Assembly (NCBI GenBank): GCA_011109175.1
Contig: RDEW01000011.1
Location: 807,061-871,060, forward strand
Origin: Dicyema japonicum
Taxonomy: Eukaryota > Animalia > Dicyemida
Length of the DNA: 64,000 nt
Direction: 5' to 3'
A model generated the notes under the pieces. That model did not search any database and was not told the DNA's origin. It saw nothing but the letters and a program-made list of their open reading frames with translations. How positions within the stretch are numbered: the stretch's first letter is position 1; each line of letters starts with the position of its first letter. Position numbers and translations under genes: made by a program. Of this stretch, positions 63,332 to 64,000 are shown in pieces.

Positions 63332-63666
63332 AAGCCGGGTGGCATAGTGGTTGGGTGTCGGGCTAAAGTGGCTTAGGTCACGGGTTTGATTCTCGCTGCT
63401 CACCTGGTGGAAGGTTCCGCGCATCTACGATGCGGAAATGGCTTGACGAGTGACATCATCATCAGTGGAGATTCTGGATAGTCAAAAGGACATGCACACA
63501 AGAAAAATAAAAAACAAAGAAGTGAAGAGCATTCCTTGGTTCTCCCTCTACGATTAGTCATAATAACTCTTCTTTACTTAAATAAAGTGTGTGTTCTCCA
63601 CGAGCGAAACCCTAGGCATCTTACGTGCTTATGGCAACGCGGTAGTGCTTAATTGTTTTTATTGTT
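63332..63666 (+). mobile_element. tRNA-derived SINE, second copy with a different 3' half, flanked by a 12-bp direct repeat
   Basis: Head 63334-63450 matches 55537-55670; ATCTTCCCAGGC at 63320-63331 and 63667-63678. Confidence 0.75.
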
Positions 63667-63739
63667 ATCTTCCCAGGCCATTTATAAATAGAAAAATGTC
63701 TTTAGGTTCAAATTTTTATATGATTCATAAACTGGCATG

Positions 63740-64000
63740 TTTTCTTTTTCCAATAATCCAGTAGGATACTCCAATTTGTGTCTTTAAGTAGACTTTGAAT
63801 GTTTTAATAATTCCCAAATCCATTGGCTGAATTATTCCTGTTTTTTTAATATTTTCCAAATTCGATGGCAAGCAATGAGAAATACAAATATCTATGAAAA
63901 GCAAAATTGACTTATCTGCCCTAAAAAGTTATCGAATTTCATCATCCAGTCAATAAAACTAAATGAGGTCATCCACGCTCTTTTGGAACTGTAATACGAA
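63740..64000 (-). mobile_element. pogo/Tigger DDE_1 transposase fragment (runs off the window end)
   Basis: YYSSKRAWMTS..FIDW, ILLFID..SH and IIQPMDLGIIKTFK. Confidence 0.8.

Noticed and set aside
1-64000. CRISPR array, rRNA or prokaryotic operons
   Set aside because: No regularly spaced repeats or rRNA motifs; the genes are spliceosomal and animal-type.

Overview
AT-rich (roughly 36-38% GC, estimated by eye) eukaryotic nuclear DNA from an animal. It carries an innexin, an ETS factor and an HLH gene, and its GT-AG introns are only 21-26 nt long, which points to a dicyemid mesozoan (Dicyema-like); this taxonomic call is an inference. Host genes: a complete midasin/MDN1 (3482-19828, minus), a PP6 regulatory subunit of the SAPS family (32508-34512), an innexin with no clear intron (37815-39023, minus), a minimal PEA3-type ETS gene (47349-47810, minus), an endosulfine/ARPP19 gene missed by the ORF track (51388-51671), an Id/emc-like HLH gene (22516-22782) and an orphan 68-aa ORF with a TATA box (59554-59760, minus). 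Most of the intergenic DNA is degenerate transposon debris: RTE, I/Jockey-like and RLE-type LINEs, a tRNA-derived SINE, pogo, Tc1, hAT/CGGBP, piggyBac-like pieces and a foldback element. Several conserved genes have 1-nt indels in homopolymer runs, probably assembly errors. The most notable observations are (1) a strong excess of the palindrome CACGTG (at least 36 copies, 17 in the midasin locus, in all three reading frames and inside three micro-introns), (2) an ETS protein whose hidden second exon encodes two eh1-like Groucho-binding motifs differing only at synonymous sites, and (3) an orphan small-protein gene behind a perfect 18-bp kB/NFAT-type palindrome. No CRISPR array, rRNA or functional tRNA was found.
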